Part shown: positions 35,568 through 47,816 of the stretch, in pieces | How the letters are laid out: the number at the start of each line of letters is the position of its first letter | How positions within the stretch are numbered: position 1 is the stretch's first letter | Assembly (NCBI GenBank): GCA_002633005.1 | Contig: NMRA01000212.1 | Span: 423,312 to 487,311 of the forward strand | From: Phoronis australis | Lineage: Eukaryota > Animalia > Phoronida | Direction of reading: 5' to 3' | DNA length: 64,000 nt | Program-made: the position numbers and the translations under genes | Notes under the pieces: model-generated | The model's input: only the letters and a program-made list of their open reading frames with translations | The model's database searches: none | What the model was told of the DNA's origin: nothing

Positions 35568-35934
35568 CACGGGTGGGAAACAACATGACCGCCGGTCCTC
35601 TTAAATCGGACCGCCTCACCCAAAACAGGACCTCCGGGGATCAAATGGGACTGTCGCACCAGAAAATGGGACTGACGCACCTAAAAACATGACCGCCCCA
35701 CCAGAAAACAGGACCGCCGGGGACTGAACATGACCGCCGGGGATTGAAACCGCATATTGTCCGGCGGTCATGTTCAGTCCCCGGCCGGGTCATGTTTTGT
35801 GGTGGGGCGGTCATGTTTTTAGGTGCGTCAGTCTCATTTTCTGGTGCGACGGTCCCATTTGATCCCCGGAGGTCCTGTTTTGGGTGATTCAGTCCGATTT
35901 AGAGGACCAGCGGTCATGTTGTATCTCACCCGTG
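35568..35934. mobile_element. Foldback MITE with CAC...GTG termini and 5-bp TSD (Transib/Chapaev-like)
   Basis: Arms of ~170 bp are near-perfect inverted repeats with internal ACATGACCGCC(GG) subrepeats. TAGAT is duplicated at 35563-35567 and 35935-35939. Confidence 0.9.
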
Positions 35935-37777
35935 TAGATGAAGGCCTGCTTAGGTCAAGCTACATAATTATGAGGAAAACTTACATTTCACATGTAGTCA
36001 AATGAAGACTAATCAAGTAGGTAAACCACAAGACAGGTGGCACTTAACCCCACAATTTTATCTAATTATCAGCAACTGGGTTTATTTTAAGTCTTCACAT
36101 CAATCTACCATACATTATTTACTGCCTGCCTTGCTACACATAAATTAAACATTGGAGGAAGGTCAAAGCCTTCTGATTTCACTAAGAACATGCTCTGATT
36201 AGAACCTTACATAAGCTGTCAAATTAAATGTGTACAATCACCATAAAGGTGTCTCAATGGAAACTAGCTTGACATTCAGACATAAATGTCATCTTACTAT
36301 GTTGTCATTCTAACATAAAATGCTTGATCAATACAAATCACTGGGGCACAGCTGAAAAGACTGCCTACATGGTAAGGGGTATTTAGTATATAGAACAATT
36401 CAACTAATCACAGTTCTACAGAAGATAAAGGAAATAAGAAAATGTACTCATACAATATGTTTTGATATACCCAGATGACCATGATGGACTTACAACTCAC
36501 ATCGGTTTGGTTAAGGAATAACCGATGACCCACGAATAGGCGTCCATTTTCCTACTGCGCAGAAAACTATTGATTACTCAGAGAAAATCAATCTTACCAG
36601 CTCACAAGAATATCAATAAGCGTTAAACCAGACTCACTTGAGCACACGCACGAGGAACAGGCAAGTTCACCACAAAAATGGATGCGAGATAAAACCCGTC
36701 AGTTGTAACCCACTTAAAAGGCTTAGGCCGCAACAAAGAAATCATTTTCATAAGAAATTGATTTTCTTAACTTAGCATCTTTGACAGAGTGGAAAAAGAT
36801 AACAGTAGCTGTAAGCACTGACATCTTTTGGTGATTCTGAAGTTATCAGAGAGCTTTTTGAAGTAAAGTGATGTTTAAATCTAATAAATGTAAGACCACA
36901 TTGCATAAAGATATCTATTCAACATTTCCTAACACAAACAGATACATGGGCAGCCCCCACCACAAGACATGGCAAAAAGATACATGAATACTATAGTAGC
37001 AATTATGCGAACACTTTCTGTTCAAAGACTGTAGTAGGTTCCGATTCAATTCCTTACACTAAGAATTTTTAATTTTTGCCAAAGCTGAAAAAGCCAAGAA
37101 AAAAAACTACCGAGCAATGAGAAAGTGAACCATTTGGTCACTGAGACATCAATGTGTCGTTGATGGTTTCACAAAGAAAAGTGCTCTATAAAACTATTTT
37201 TCAATGGAACAGCGACGTCTGATCTCTATGAAGACAATTTCATTCATAGCAGAACCAATCAATAGATTCTATTCCTGAGCTAGATTACTGTTTGTTGGTT
37301 GTTCGCGTATATTTCTAACAACATACTCGCATTCATATGAAAGAAATCAGTAAAATGGTAATTATTCATTTACTTTGCATAGCAAATATTTGCAAATACG
37401 TTGAGTTTTCAATTTTTTAAAGGATAACTAATCAATATTTTATCAAACAATGTTCCTGTGTAACAACTGTACAAAACAAACCATTACCATTCCACGTTAT
37501 TTTAAGAAAAAGTCAAGGTAGAATTTCCTTAATTATTCTTTTGTTAGACAATTTGATAAACTAGGATTCCACCTTTCTGCCAAATTTGGTGTTAAAAATG
37601 AAAATTTACTATAAATTAACAGAAATCATCACTTAGCAACTTCTGACAACATCAGCAGTGATCGGAATGCCGTTTTACATGAGATTTTTGCGGTCGGTCG
37701 GTACTTTAAACCTGGCCATGGACTAAATCATTTTAATGCATATGTCTATTGTCCTATGTACAAGCCATCATACAAAT

Positions 37778-37858
37778 ATGTAAATCTTGAACAGACATGG
37801 AAATACAGATCGCAAACATTTTTTAAGTCTGGTCTGCATGCCACCTGTTGGCCACATC
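37778..37858. repeat. Dispersed repeat fragment shared with ~47263-47335
   Basis: Both carry ATGTAAATCTTGAAC...GGAAATA.AGATC.CAAACATTTTT..CATGCCACCTGTTGGCCACATC. Confidence 0.6.
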
Positions 37859-39103
37859 CGTGACCTAATGAGCATAAGTCTGGCTAACTTTGAAACATCA
37901 TACCTCACGCATGGGAGGCGCACCATAAGGGTCTGGGTAGTTATAGCCCCCACTTTTTCAGTGCTGTGCCACCCATGTCATGAACTACAGATCGCATTCA
38001 GAAAATTTTTCAGATAGCATGCTTAAAGCGCTGTTTTCAAAACAGAATTATAAATTGTTTTTAAAATGTTTCACTTTTACATGATGTAATATAAAAATAA
38101 GACATTATGATTTATAGAAATAAATACATGAAACTAAAACAAATGATTTCAGAAAACTACAACAGAATTTTTGAGATTTTACCTCAAACATAACAACATT
38201 TACATCATTGTATTCCTCAGAATATATACCTTTTCACTAAGTTTTACATTAAACTACATGTTCACTTGACGCAATTAGTAAAAAAATTGGTAAAAAGTCA
38301 AAATTCAAATTCTCCAGGCTTTCAGCTTTCATCTTTTACTTTACTAAGTTAAAATTTATAGTTTTGAAGATATTTGGCGAAATACACAGATTTGTCGATA
38401 AGGTTGCTTAAAGTGCTTAAAACCACCATTAACCTTGTTTTGATAAGAGACTACTAGTACATTGTTATAGTACTGCATATCACAATTGTGAATTGAATAC
38501 CCCCAGGCCCAAAACGAGAAAAGTAGCTGCCTGGACACAAACATGATGCATGAACGTATCCAAGACCAGTGTATTGTGTCCACCAACATGCGGGTTTCTT
38601 GAACAAACTTTAGCCATATCCGCACCACTCCGATATTCAGCAAACGTAACATCTTATTATTCTTTACTATACCATGTACCACGGGAAAACGAGTAGTAAT
38701 AAGTGGCGAAATTTCCCACTAACCACAATGGAGACAGAAAATTGCTGTGATTGGCTGTCCCGATTTTAACTAGTATGTAACGACCAATAAATGCTCGTAA
38801 CTCGATGCCAGCTAATTGACATATCGTCACATAGTGTTTGTGGGCGCTATAATTTGACAGGTGATCGATTGGTGGTCTTAATTTATGGTGTTTTGATGCG
38901 AAACTGGTAATTTCAAGAACTTTAAACAATGAGAGCTAATATGAATCATGTTCTGAGACAAAATTTATCAAACAAAATGTGCCACTTGTATTTCATGAAC
39001 AAAGAAACAATTTTAAAGAAAAAAGCCATTATCAAAGGGGAGGCCAAACATATATGACGAAAAAATTTTGAAATGTAACAAACACTGAAAATTATTTTCT
39101 TAC

Positions 39104-39929
39104 CAGCTAATATGCCCATGTCTTCTAGAAACTGAGCATCCATCTCAGAAATATCAGGTTCACGGGTGTCCGTATCAACTTCTTCATGATCCGAAGCATT
39201 ATCGAGTTGAACTAAGTTGTCTCCGGGAATACTGGAGTCACTTTGAACATTTAGAACTGACTCTTGGTGATCAGCAGCTGGTGAATTGGACTCGTGGCAA
39301 GTAGATGTTTCTACTCCTGGTTGCTCATTGGTAGTTTGTGATACTTCATGAGACCCAAAAAAGTCCAAGTCCATACGTGGACTAGGATTGACTTCAGTCA
39401 TTTCCTGCACGTTGACAGTTTGTGATACTTCACGAGACTCAAAAAAGTCTAAATCAAAGGATGGATTAGGGTTGATGTCAGTTTTTTCCTGCACCGTGGT
39501 TGTATGAGAAACATCGTGTGACTCAAAAAAGTCTAAGTCCAAAGATGGACATGGGTGGAGTTCAGTTGTTTCTCCAGATACGCTTGCATAATTATTACCC
39601 GTGACGTCAGACTCGGGTGGCTTCCCATACTCTTCAGCCACACCATCACCCAGTCCTGGTTCGGACTCAGAAGTCACATTGGAAACAAGACTTGGATCAT
39701 CCTTATGTTCAGAAGGAGCGTTTGGTGTCTCATTCTGAGCACAGCTATAAACTGGGTCATCTTCGTCTCCATAGATTGTGCTGCTGAAGAAGTGTGCTGG
39801 TTCAATCACTTGGACATCTGTGGAGTCTGCCTCACTTGGGTCTACATTATCAGCTGACTCTTGCAATTGACTGCCTGATAAAACGTCATTGTTCGTTTGT
39901 TCTGAAACTTCTGTTCCACGATCATCCAT
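39104..39929 (-). CDS. stnB: Stonin gene probable first coding exon (acidic, disordered, 3x DLDFF repeat)
   Basis: AAGATGG start context at 39929. 826 nt open to G|GTAAG, whose phase 1 matches the exon-2 acceptor. An upstream acceptor TGTGCAG| at 40086 would supply 5'UTR. The full five-exon CDS is 5370 nt (1789 aa). Confidence 0.65.
39330..39556 (-). repeat. 84-bp coding tandem repeat (28 aa, ~2.7 copies)
   Basis: GAC[TC]CAAAAAAGTC at 39352, 39436 and 39520. Peptide P[SR][LFM]DLDFF[EG]S[HR][DE]VS.T..VQE.T..NP. Confidence 0.9.
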
Positions 39930-41535
39930 CTTTGCGTAACTTGACAAGTGGTAAAGTGATACCGTGGAACCAGGCACAAGCTGTCACTCCAAGTACTGGC
40001 AGTACAAGTTGCCTGAATCAATTGGTCATCTGTACCATGTTGTGGTGAAGAATTCGAAGAATACAGGGCTTCTGTGAAGATGACATCTGCACAAGACAAG
40101 AGGATGCATTAGGGACTAGAAATTTATAGTTCATTTACGACTATTGTAAAATATGGGCAATTGCACAAAGAAGCGAAGAAACTTCTCTCCACCAGATATT
40201 TCCATAACATGATACTAGCAAGTGCACATAAACTTGGAAAACCTAAGCAAACTTAAGATGAGGCAAGCAGTCACCTTTGTAAAAAATAGCACTGCACTAA
40301 AGCATAACACACGTTAAGAAAATAGTGTGTAACACTTTATCCAACCTTTCATGGGTTTTTGTTGCGAACCAGCAACAATTGGTAATCTTATTCACCTAAT
40401 AACATTGATTAGATATATGCCTCCCATTCTGTTATGTACACAACTGTTCTACTAAAGAAAATACAAGGTCATTGTTGGGCCATTTCAAAATTTCCTGGAA
40501 ATTATGTCAGGTTACATTTGCCATGCTGACGTAATGCTAAGTATCGAGCCACGAACATCAACTGCCTGAAAATCTCCTGTTCTTCTCGTGTCAATTTGAT
40601 GCTGCTGTTTTTTTCACTAACCTGACTGACAACAGCTGACATAATGACAACCTGCGTTCCCGGCCTAGCGTTCATCCCAACCTTCACCTTCCCTCCCCTC
40701 TCTCGATCTTTCCCTCCCCACACACTTCCCCCCTCCCTCAATTCTTCCCTACTTTGATGTCTGCCACAAGCTCACTTGTTCCTTACATCTATTTATCAGT
40801 GGACATTTGCAATTCATCACCTTATAAAATAGCAGTGTGCTCATTTTTACAGGTGCTAAAGAGTATAAAATTGCTAAAAGGCTAAATTTTATGCCGCACA
40901 AATTCAGCACAATTTCGTTATTATTGGGCAACTCCAGCAATTTTTCCTGTCAAAAAGCTCAGCCAACTCAAAGCTAAAATCTATATAGCAAGCCAAAACG
41001 TTCAGCATAAGAAGTCCACCTCAGATGATTCCAAAATCACACACGCTATTACTGTAGTAGTCTCTTCTAGCCAGGCAGCTAGCTGTATGAAGACTGTCAT
41101 CAAAACATACAGCTTTGCACCAATGCTAAGTCATTATGAGAGATAGGCTCACATACACAGTCAGTCCCATACTTAACAGGTTGCAGTTGAACAGGTAACA
41201 GGTAGCTAGATCTGGTAATGGTCATGGTGTGTCACTGACCTCACTGACACTGTGGTGAGTGACTGTGTTGGTTGTCAGAATGTCAGAGCAGGATGAGTGA
41301 CAGTATCGCGCATTTCGCAGTCAGTATCTTGTCAAGCAATGGCAGCAGTACACAAGGCAGAATTACTGCTAGAGTAGATTATATAGAGCATCAGACTATG
41401 GAGTGTGTTATTGACACTCTGATCCTCACAGACTCCGACCCGTGCTACTGCCAGTGCCTGTCCGATCGCGTTCTTGTCACCGACACAAATCAGTGCTTAA
41501 ACACAGCTAAATGTGTTAATTAACAACAGGCTTAC

Positions 41536-41931
41536 CGAATTACATGTACACAATTCTGACTTCAGATACAAAATCAAGCGAAAAGCGTCTCCAAAATTCA
41601 ACGTATTGATCGTCCGCATGAAATCAATAACACTCACCCGCACGCAAATAGGTCAACACCAGTCAATGAAAACTCCTTCGTTTGCTCACGGAAGGCTCCG
41701 GAAGTTGTTCGCAAGAGACCTCTGGTGGCGCTTGTTTGTATTTCCGGTTTTACCCATGTTGACAAATTTGAGAGAGAGCCATAGTTTTTATCCTGGTTAT
41801 ATTTTCCTGAATTGCTTCGGTTTCATAGTTGTAGTTTATTCATTTTCAAGATTGCAGTTTTCTCCTATGGTACAATCTGGTCACATTGAGATCCAACCCT
41901 AGTTTAACAAGAGTTACTGTACGGTAAATTG
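41536..41931. promoter_or_regulatory. Putative bidirectional promoter with divergent non-coding first exons
   Basis: Minus-strand donor G|GTAAG at 41536 and plus-strand donor G|GTAAGT at 41931. ETS-like sites ACGGAAG (41688), CCGGAAGT (41698) and TTTCCGGT (41741). CpG-richer than the flanks and located between divergent genes. Confidence 0.6.
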
Positions 41932-44153
41932 GTAAGTCTGACACACCGTTTCTATGACAATCGAGATTTAAATTTTAATAGGATACTAAGCCCTGTTTTG
42001 GTGATTCAATCAAGGTCTCGTTTTTTTTTTTACCTGCTAAGGCATCACGGGCGTCATGATAAAAGCTGAATTCACTTTAAACATTCATACTGTCTGAGTC
42101 ACAAATTGGAGATAATGGCTCTTGGTGAGTGGCCTAAACTAAAGCGTAGATCACGTTTGCCCATGTAACAGACTTTGTAAGGAATTTACAAATTTTTACA
42201 CCAAACTTTTGAGGGTTGTCGAGGGTAACAGACCATTCGTCTGTTTCCAACAACTGGATGGGAAAATTGTTTTCAATATCTGTTAGTTGGCCAAAATCGG
42301 GTTTGGTATCCTTTTAATCCAGTATTGTAGTGATTCCTCAAGGGTGTCTTACCTTATGATATGATGCTCCTCAGTATTCAGTGGTCGTGCGTTCAATTGT
42401 TTTCAGTGGTACAGGTAGTTCAAGCTCCCCTCCGGTAGTGCGCCAGCCTTTTGTACCGGCCGCAGAAGGCCGCTGAATATTCATGTAGCGCCCTTATTGG
42501 CCGTCACCGGCATATGGGCCGGGACGGCCAACATCGGCAGTCTCCAAGACGAACAGCAGTCGTCTCTCGCTGCTGACAGAGGGCGCGCGCGGCAGAAGGC
42601 CAGCGCAGCAGTGAGACAGGTCAAGTGACGTCTCACTACAGTATGTAGTCTGTACGCAAGATTTTCTGCAAATGCTGCTTAATCCTATCAAAGAAAGTTA
42701 CATTGTTATACGAACGTTTGGTGTATGGATGGACACCTTTTGGAAGCAATTGGAGTTGTTAAATCCTTTCAACTGGAAGATCGAACGCCATTACAGTGCT
42801 GTTAATGTGCTTGAGTTCAAACTGAAAGGTCACCCGTCTGCCAGCCACCTCGACAGTAAGCAGCACAGGAAGGTAGTGTCAGATCCTGTATCTTGACATC
42901 TATTTGCCTTCATTCAAGTCAGAATTCAAGGGTGCTATGGGACCATTGTATCCCCTCCTCCATGCTGGCCGTCCACTTTATGAGTTGGTATTCAACAAGA
43001 CTTTTTATGTTTTGTAGTACTGTGCTTTTTCACTTTCACTCTTCGAGTACCATTTACTTGCCACAATATGTAGCATGATATCGGTTGGAAGATGTGCTCA
43101 ACAGGGAATCGTAAAACCAGGCTGCGAGATTGTGATGCCTACTAGGCTTAAGATGTGCAGCTAAATGCCAATGTCTGATTGCCAAGTTTCTTCAGCCTCA
43201 TATTATAATATTAGCACTCGCAGGAAGTGATGTGATGTACAGTATTTTCAGTGCTATGTCCAATGCACTGACAATGCCTTGGAAGGATTCTTAAGCTATC
43301 TAGACACTCAGTCTGGCGATCATCATCGATACACTATATGACATATACAAATTTACACCACTGCGAGCCAGAATTTTAGAGGTGCCTAATTTCAGCTGTC
43401 TATGAAACACAAATCTGGTCAAGTTTCCAAGAAACAAGGGTTCAGCAAACCACAAACGGTTCTTCTTTCTCTTAATAGCACTTAAAGATCCTGCTTCAAG
43501 GAGTTTGTGCCAAATTCTCAATGAACTGACGAAAATTCCATTGTGTGTTACTGGATATATGCTTGACAGTCCAAGGTCTACTCTTTGTTATATCACCATG
43601 GGAAATTGTGACAGTGTATTTAAAGTCAAGTTCAGATAGGTGACAGCAATTGCTAATTTGTTGTGAATAGTCGGGAACTGGTTTTCCTTCTCGCAGCAGA
43701 GCGTTAAGTTATTGCAGTCGTGACCTTTCGTGACAAATCAACAAATCCCATGCTAACATACATTTGGTTACCTTCGGAAATGTTCGAAACTTGCTTACCT
43801 TTGAGTAATGAGCTGTCAGAGTTTCAGCAGTACCTTGCCCTATTTGGGTGTGAAAATATTCATAAGCTCCTGTTATGTTTTAAATCACTCTTGTACTTAT
43901 CTGAATTGACCGTTCAGTTAAACATCTTCCTCGCTGTGTAAGAAATTTTGTTTTTAAACACGTATGCTCAGGGTAACGCCCAGTTGCCCACCCCCTGATT
44001 TTTTAGTTCTCCAACTGGTCCACCCTGGGAGTCTACTTGAACAAGTATGGAATGATAGAATGTTTCACCAATTTATTAGTTCTAGCCATTCTTATTTCAG
44101 CTGCTGAAATGTGAAATTTCCTAATGCTGTTTTGCTTTGTCAGGTATCGGAAG

Positions 44154-44546
44154 ATGGCACAAAGACCAAAGCTAAACAAAAGATCCAGTTCAGCTTTACG
44201 CAAAGCAAATGCATTAAAGGCTGAAAGTTTGGCCGCAAAATCTAAAAAGCAAATCGAGGACTTGACTGAAGAGGTTGCGAAGCTTAAGAGTGAACTGGAG
44301 ATAATATCCAGTGAAAATGAAGCATTGAAATGTAAACTCAAGTTTATAGTGGACAAACTGCTGGACTGTTGTGAAGAAAATATACAAGAAGACACTAACG
44401 TTATGAAAAACCCACTAGACATTCCCAATGGAGTTGTCAGCGACATCATTTCTAGCATGATGGCTGAAAAATTGCTGAGTAAAAAGAGACTTGCTGCTGG
44501 AAGGATTGAAGACTTAGAAACCAGAGTAACACAACAGTCGTTACAG
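44154..44546 (+). CDS. Leucine-zipper/death-domain protein, coding exon 1 (degenerate bZIP-like region)
   Basis: Acceptor TTGTCAG| at 44143, AAGATGG start, CAG|GTAAG donor phase 0. Heptads I34/L37/V41/L44/L48/I51/N55/L58/L62/I65. Confidence 0.85.
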
Positions 44547-44768
44547 GTAAGCCAATAGGAGTGTGACCTTATGGTATAATTGACAGATTTGTGTTTGAAT
44601 GGCAGCGTTGTGGTGTTTATCTCAAAATTTTCATTGTTTACGTGCAGCTGTTTAGTTTTAAATGAAACATAGGATGTACGCCTGATGCTGTTTTGATGTA
44701 CATAAACATCAAGGATATACTGGTTTTGATTGTATGAAAGAGAAAATACATTTTTATTTTGTTTCTAG

Positions 44769-44883
44769 GTGGCAAATCTATTAAGAACAAAGTCAATCAT
44801 TGAAGATGGATTAGTAGAGTTGTCACAGTGCTCCACGATATTTCAAGTGAGGGATAAAATTGAAGATCTTCAGTATGCTATCC
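44769..44883 (+). CDS. Leucine-zipper/death-domain protein, coding exon 2
   Basis: TTTCTAG| phase 0 to C|GTAAGT phase 1. Reads VANLLRTKSIIEDGLVELSQCSTIFQVRDKIEDLQYAI. Confidence 0.8.
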
Positions 44884-45520
44884 GTAAGTTGTGTTTGTTA
44901 ATACTCAGCAATTGATGCTTTTCATTATTTAACGTTTTTGTCGAGTTGCATTTCGTTTATGTTACAATCTTTAAAATTTGGAAATTAAATCTGCCAGCAT
45001 GATAGCTAGGAGACTTTTTCATAACTCGGACCTTATGTTTTATTTATGTTTTAAACAGAAACTGAAATTCACGTCCTTACATCGAGCTGTTAGTGGTCTT
45101 CAAACCACTTGCTTTCTGATGGTGAAATACAGATTCTTTGTTACCTGTTGATGAACAGGTTCAATGCAAGATTGAATGCACACATTCCAGATCACAACTA
45201 ATATGACTATTATGTTGGGACATGATGTATGTGTTTGAATGGAGAATCTTGTTTTGCACAGTGTTTTGATATTGAATTCATCAGAAGAAGTAAATTATTT
45301 TCTAAAATAAGGCAAGTCAACTATCCTCATAATTGTGCTGTGTTTGGCTTGAAGCTTATGAGAGTTATTTTTAGCATGCAGAGTCATCTCAAACTTAGTT
45401 CATCTTGCAGATTATTTGACTACTGAAAACATGCACAATCTCACTTCGACTTCTCACATAGTTTTACGTATAGCCTACTGCTACCTCTAAGAACATTTCA
45501 TCCAGTTTGATTACTTGCAG

Positions 45521-45630
45521 AGGACCCAGCCATCGTATGTGTGGCAGATAAAAGCGCGCCGTCTGTTTGTCCTGATCACGAGGTCATCAACCTAGCACTT
45601 GATCTGAATGGGACTACCTCACCAAAACCA
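45521..45630 (+). CDS. Leucine-zipper/death-domain protein, coding exon 3 (linker)
   Basis: TTGCAG| phase 1 to |GTAAGT phase 0. Reads QDPAIVCVADKSAPSVCPDHEVINLALDLNGTTSPKP. Confidence 0.7.
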
Positions 45631-46474
45631 GTAAGTAGTGACATGCTGGTAATCACGACAACAATTCTTCAGTGTAGTTTATTCACCAACTGTATCACGC
45701 AATATGATTGATTTAGAAAGTTCTCTGGCCAACGTTTCAATGTTTGTTTCAATATTTTGCTTCCTATTCTGTTTTCAATGAATAATTCAAGTTTAAAAGT
45801 TTTGGAGAATCCGAAGTCAAGTTTACATTGCGAATTCCATTGATTTCTGGAGAATGGCTTTGATATTTTGTAACAACGTTAAGGATTCATTGGTATGACA
45901 TAATTTTAATCCATATATTTCTGTTCTATGAAAATATAAAGAATACACAAAATGATTTTACACTGTACTCTGTGCCATAGGGTTTTGACAATAGATTTTC
46001 TGTATACGACAACCTGTGCATTTTGAAAGGAGGATTGAGTTCATTATGTGTTTTTCCAGTGTTGGAATCAAGTTTATGTAGGATCTGATTGGCAAGTCTG
46101 TACATTCAGTCAAATGTCTGCCAAACTATAGCATTTAAACTCGGCAAAAGTATATTTTCTGAAAGCAGAAATTCCATAGAATTTGATTTCTAGAATCTTA
46201 AAGCTTAATGATTGTTTTGTTCAAATTGCTCTATTTCAGTCCTTACTTATTTACTGCCAACTGACCATGGTACGCTTAAATTTAAATAAATTTCTTTCCA
46301 TACTTTTTAAGACCAAGAGTAGAGAATCATTTTGTTAATGTGTGACCTTTGATGAAAGCTTGTGTTATGTTAAAACTCTTGATAAGCTTGCGAGCAGGCA
46401 AGAGCTTGCTGTGGCACCATGGTGGTGCTGAATATTGTGAACTGCTGCAAATGAATACCTATCTATTGTTTCAG

Positions 46475-46571
46475 CCTCCCAGACGTATGCCTGGTGACAC
46501 GCACATCAGATTCATAAATCGAGATTTACGGATTTATTTGGCAAAGAATCTGAGTCTAGAGAAGAGCTCCA
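46475..46571 (+). CDS. Leucine-zipper/death-domain protein, coding exon 4 (death domain helix 1)
   Basis: TTTCAG| phase 0 to A|GTAAGT phase 1. Reads PPRRMPGDTHIRFINRDLRIYLAKNLSLEKSS. Confidence 0.8.
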
Positions 46572-47816
46572 GTAAGTGGCCACATCCTGTGCTGCTGGAT
46601 GTAGGAGCACAACCTTAGCTGCTGGAGCAGCATGCAGGAGCACAACATCAGCAGCTGGTCTTTGAATATCACATCCATATACATACTCATTTTGACGACC
46701 AGCTTCTTTTGTTTGGGAGCTGTTGGCAAAATTAGCATTTCCTCAGTTACTACGAAAGCCAACACTAGCGTATATTATCTTGACAAAAATAGCAATTGAT
46801 TCAAATCGGCTGGACATGCTTCGGCATTTATTGATTCACCATCATCAGAAGCAAAAACAGTGGCCACTGTGTCTGTTGAACCTAGGAAGGTGGCCACTGT
46901 TTTTGCTTCTGAGAATGGTGAATTAATAAATATGGAAACGTTTTTTCAACATACACTGCTACTTGCTATCTTGGGTATATTATCTTACTTCTGTTGGAGC
47001 TCTAAAACATGTATATAAAGTAGTTTTTCATCTTAGCTTAATTGCTAGAGCTTGCACTCAATGATCTGTCTTGTGAGCCAGGTATGCGCGCTGTTATTGT
47101 GATTTTCTGCTTTGGCAAGTGAGTCGTGTCTTGCTGGAACAGGTCATCACTGTGGAAACTTGCAACTCTCTTTCGTTTGAAAGTACTGCGACATATTGAT
47201 TTTTATAATGAATTACTGTTTGTTCACAACACTTCTGTCAGCAATATTCACTAGCTCATGAATATGTAAATCTTGAACTGGCGGGGAAATATAGATCACA
47301 AACATTTTTAAGTCATGCCACCTGTTGGCCACATCAGTCTTATGTTTATTAGGTCAGGTGGCATGCTGACCAGACTAGATGTTTGCAAAATATTCATTAG
47401 TATGTTTTTTTGTAACAAAATCCAAATGCCCTGTATACACGATATGGTGTCTCATAGTTAACCTAATCACCCGTTACCTTTTTTTGGTAAATGCAATGCA
47501 TCACATAAGAGTACATGCACAGTGTTACTATTTGGGCGTAAACTGCACTGCCTGCTTTACTGCGTGGTTACACGCCAGGTTGACTTGGATTGTGCACATA
47601 AGTTGCCTAGTAAGTTAGACTGGCTATCTTGATCATCTAAATACCCCCTTCAGAGGCGTAAGAATAGGAGAGCAGGTCATAATAACTTTTTTTTCTGATT
47701 CGTGAGATTCACACTCAGCGAGGTTTAGTTCATATTCCAACTTCCATGAAACTTTACTCGCCGAAAGATATTTTTTATTTTCAAACTTAAGACTCAATGT
47801 CCGCTGTTTTTTGCAG

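Larger units (their letters stand above)
33437..35949. mobile_element. Possible outer hAT-like MITE hosting two nested insertions
   Basis: CAGGAGTTCATCCAGG at 33437 is approximately complementary to CTAGATGAAGGCCTG, which is reconstituted once the 35568-35934 element is removed. Confidence 0.35.

Noticed and set aside
32500-36650. Alternative internal promoters or first exons of the stonin gene (ATGGCCGAC at ~32810; donor-like sites at ~36500-36640)
   Set aside because: I could not find an ATG-containing exon ending in the phase-1 donor needed to join exon 2. Unsupported without transcript data.
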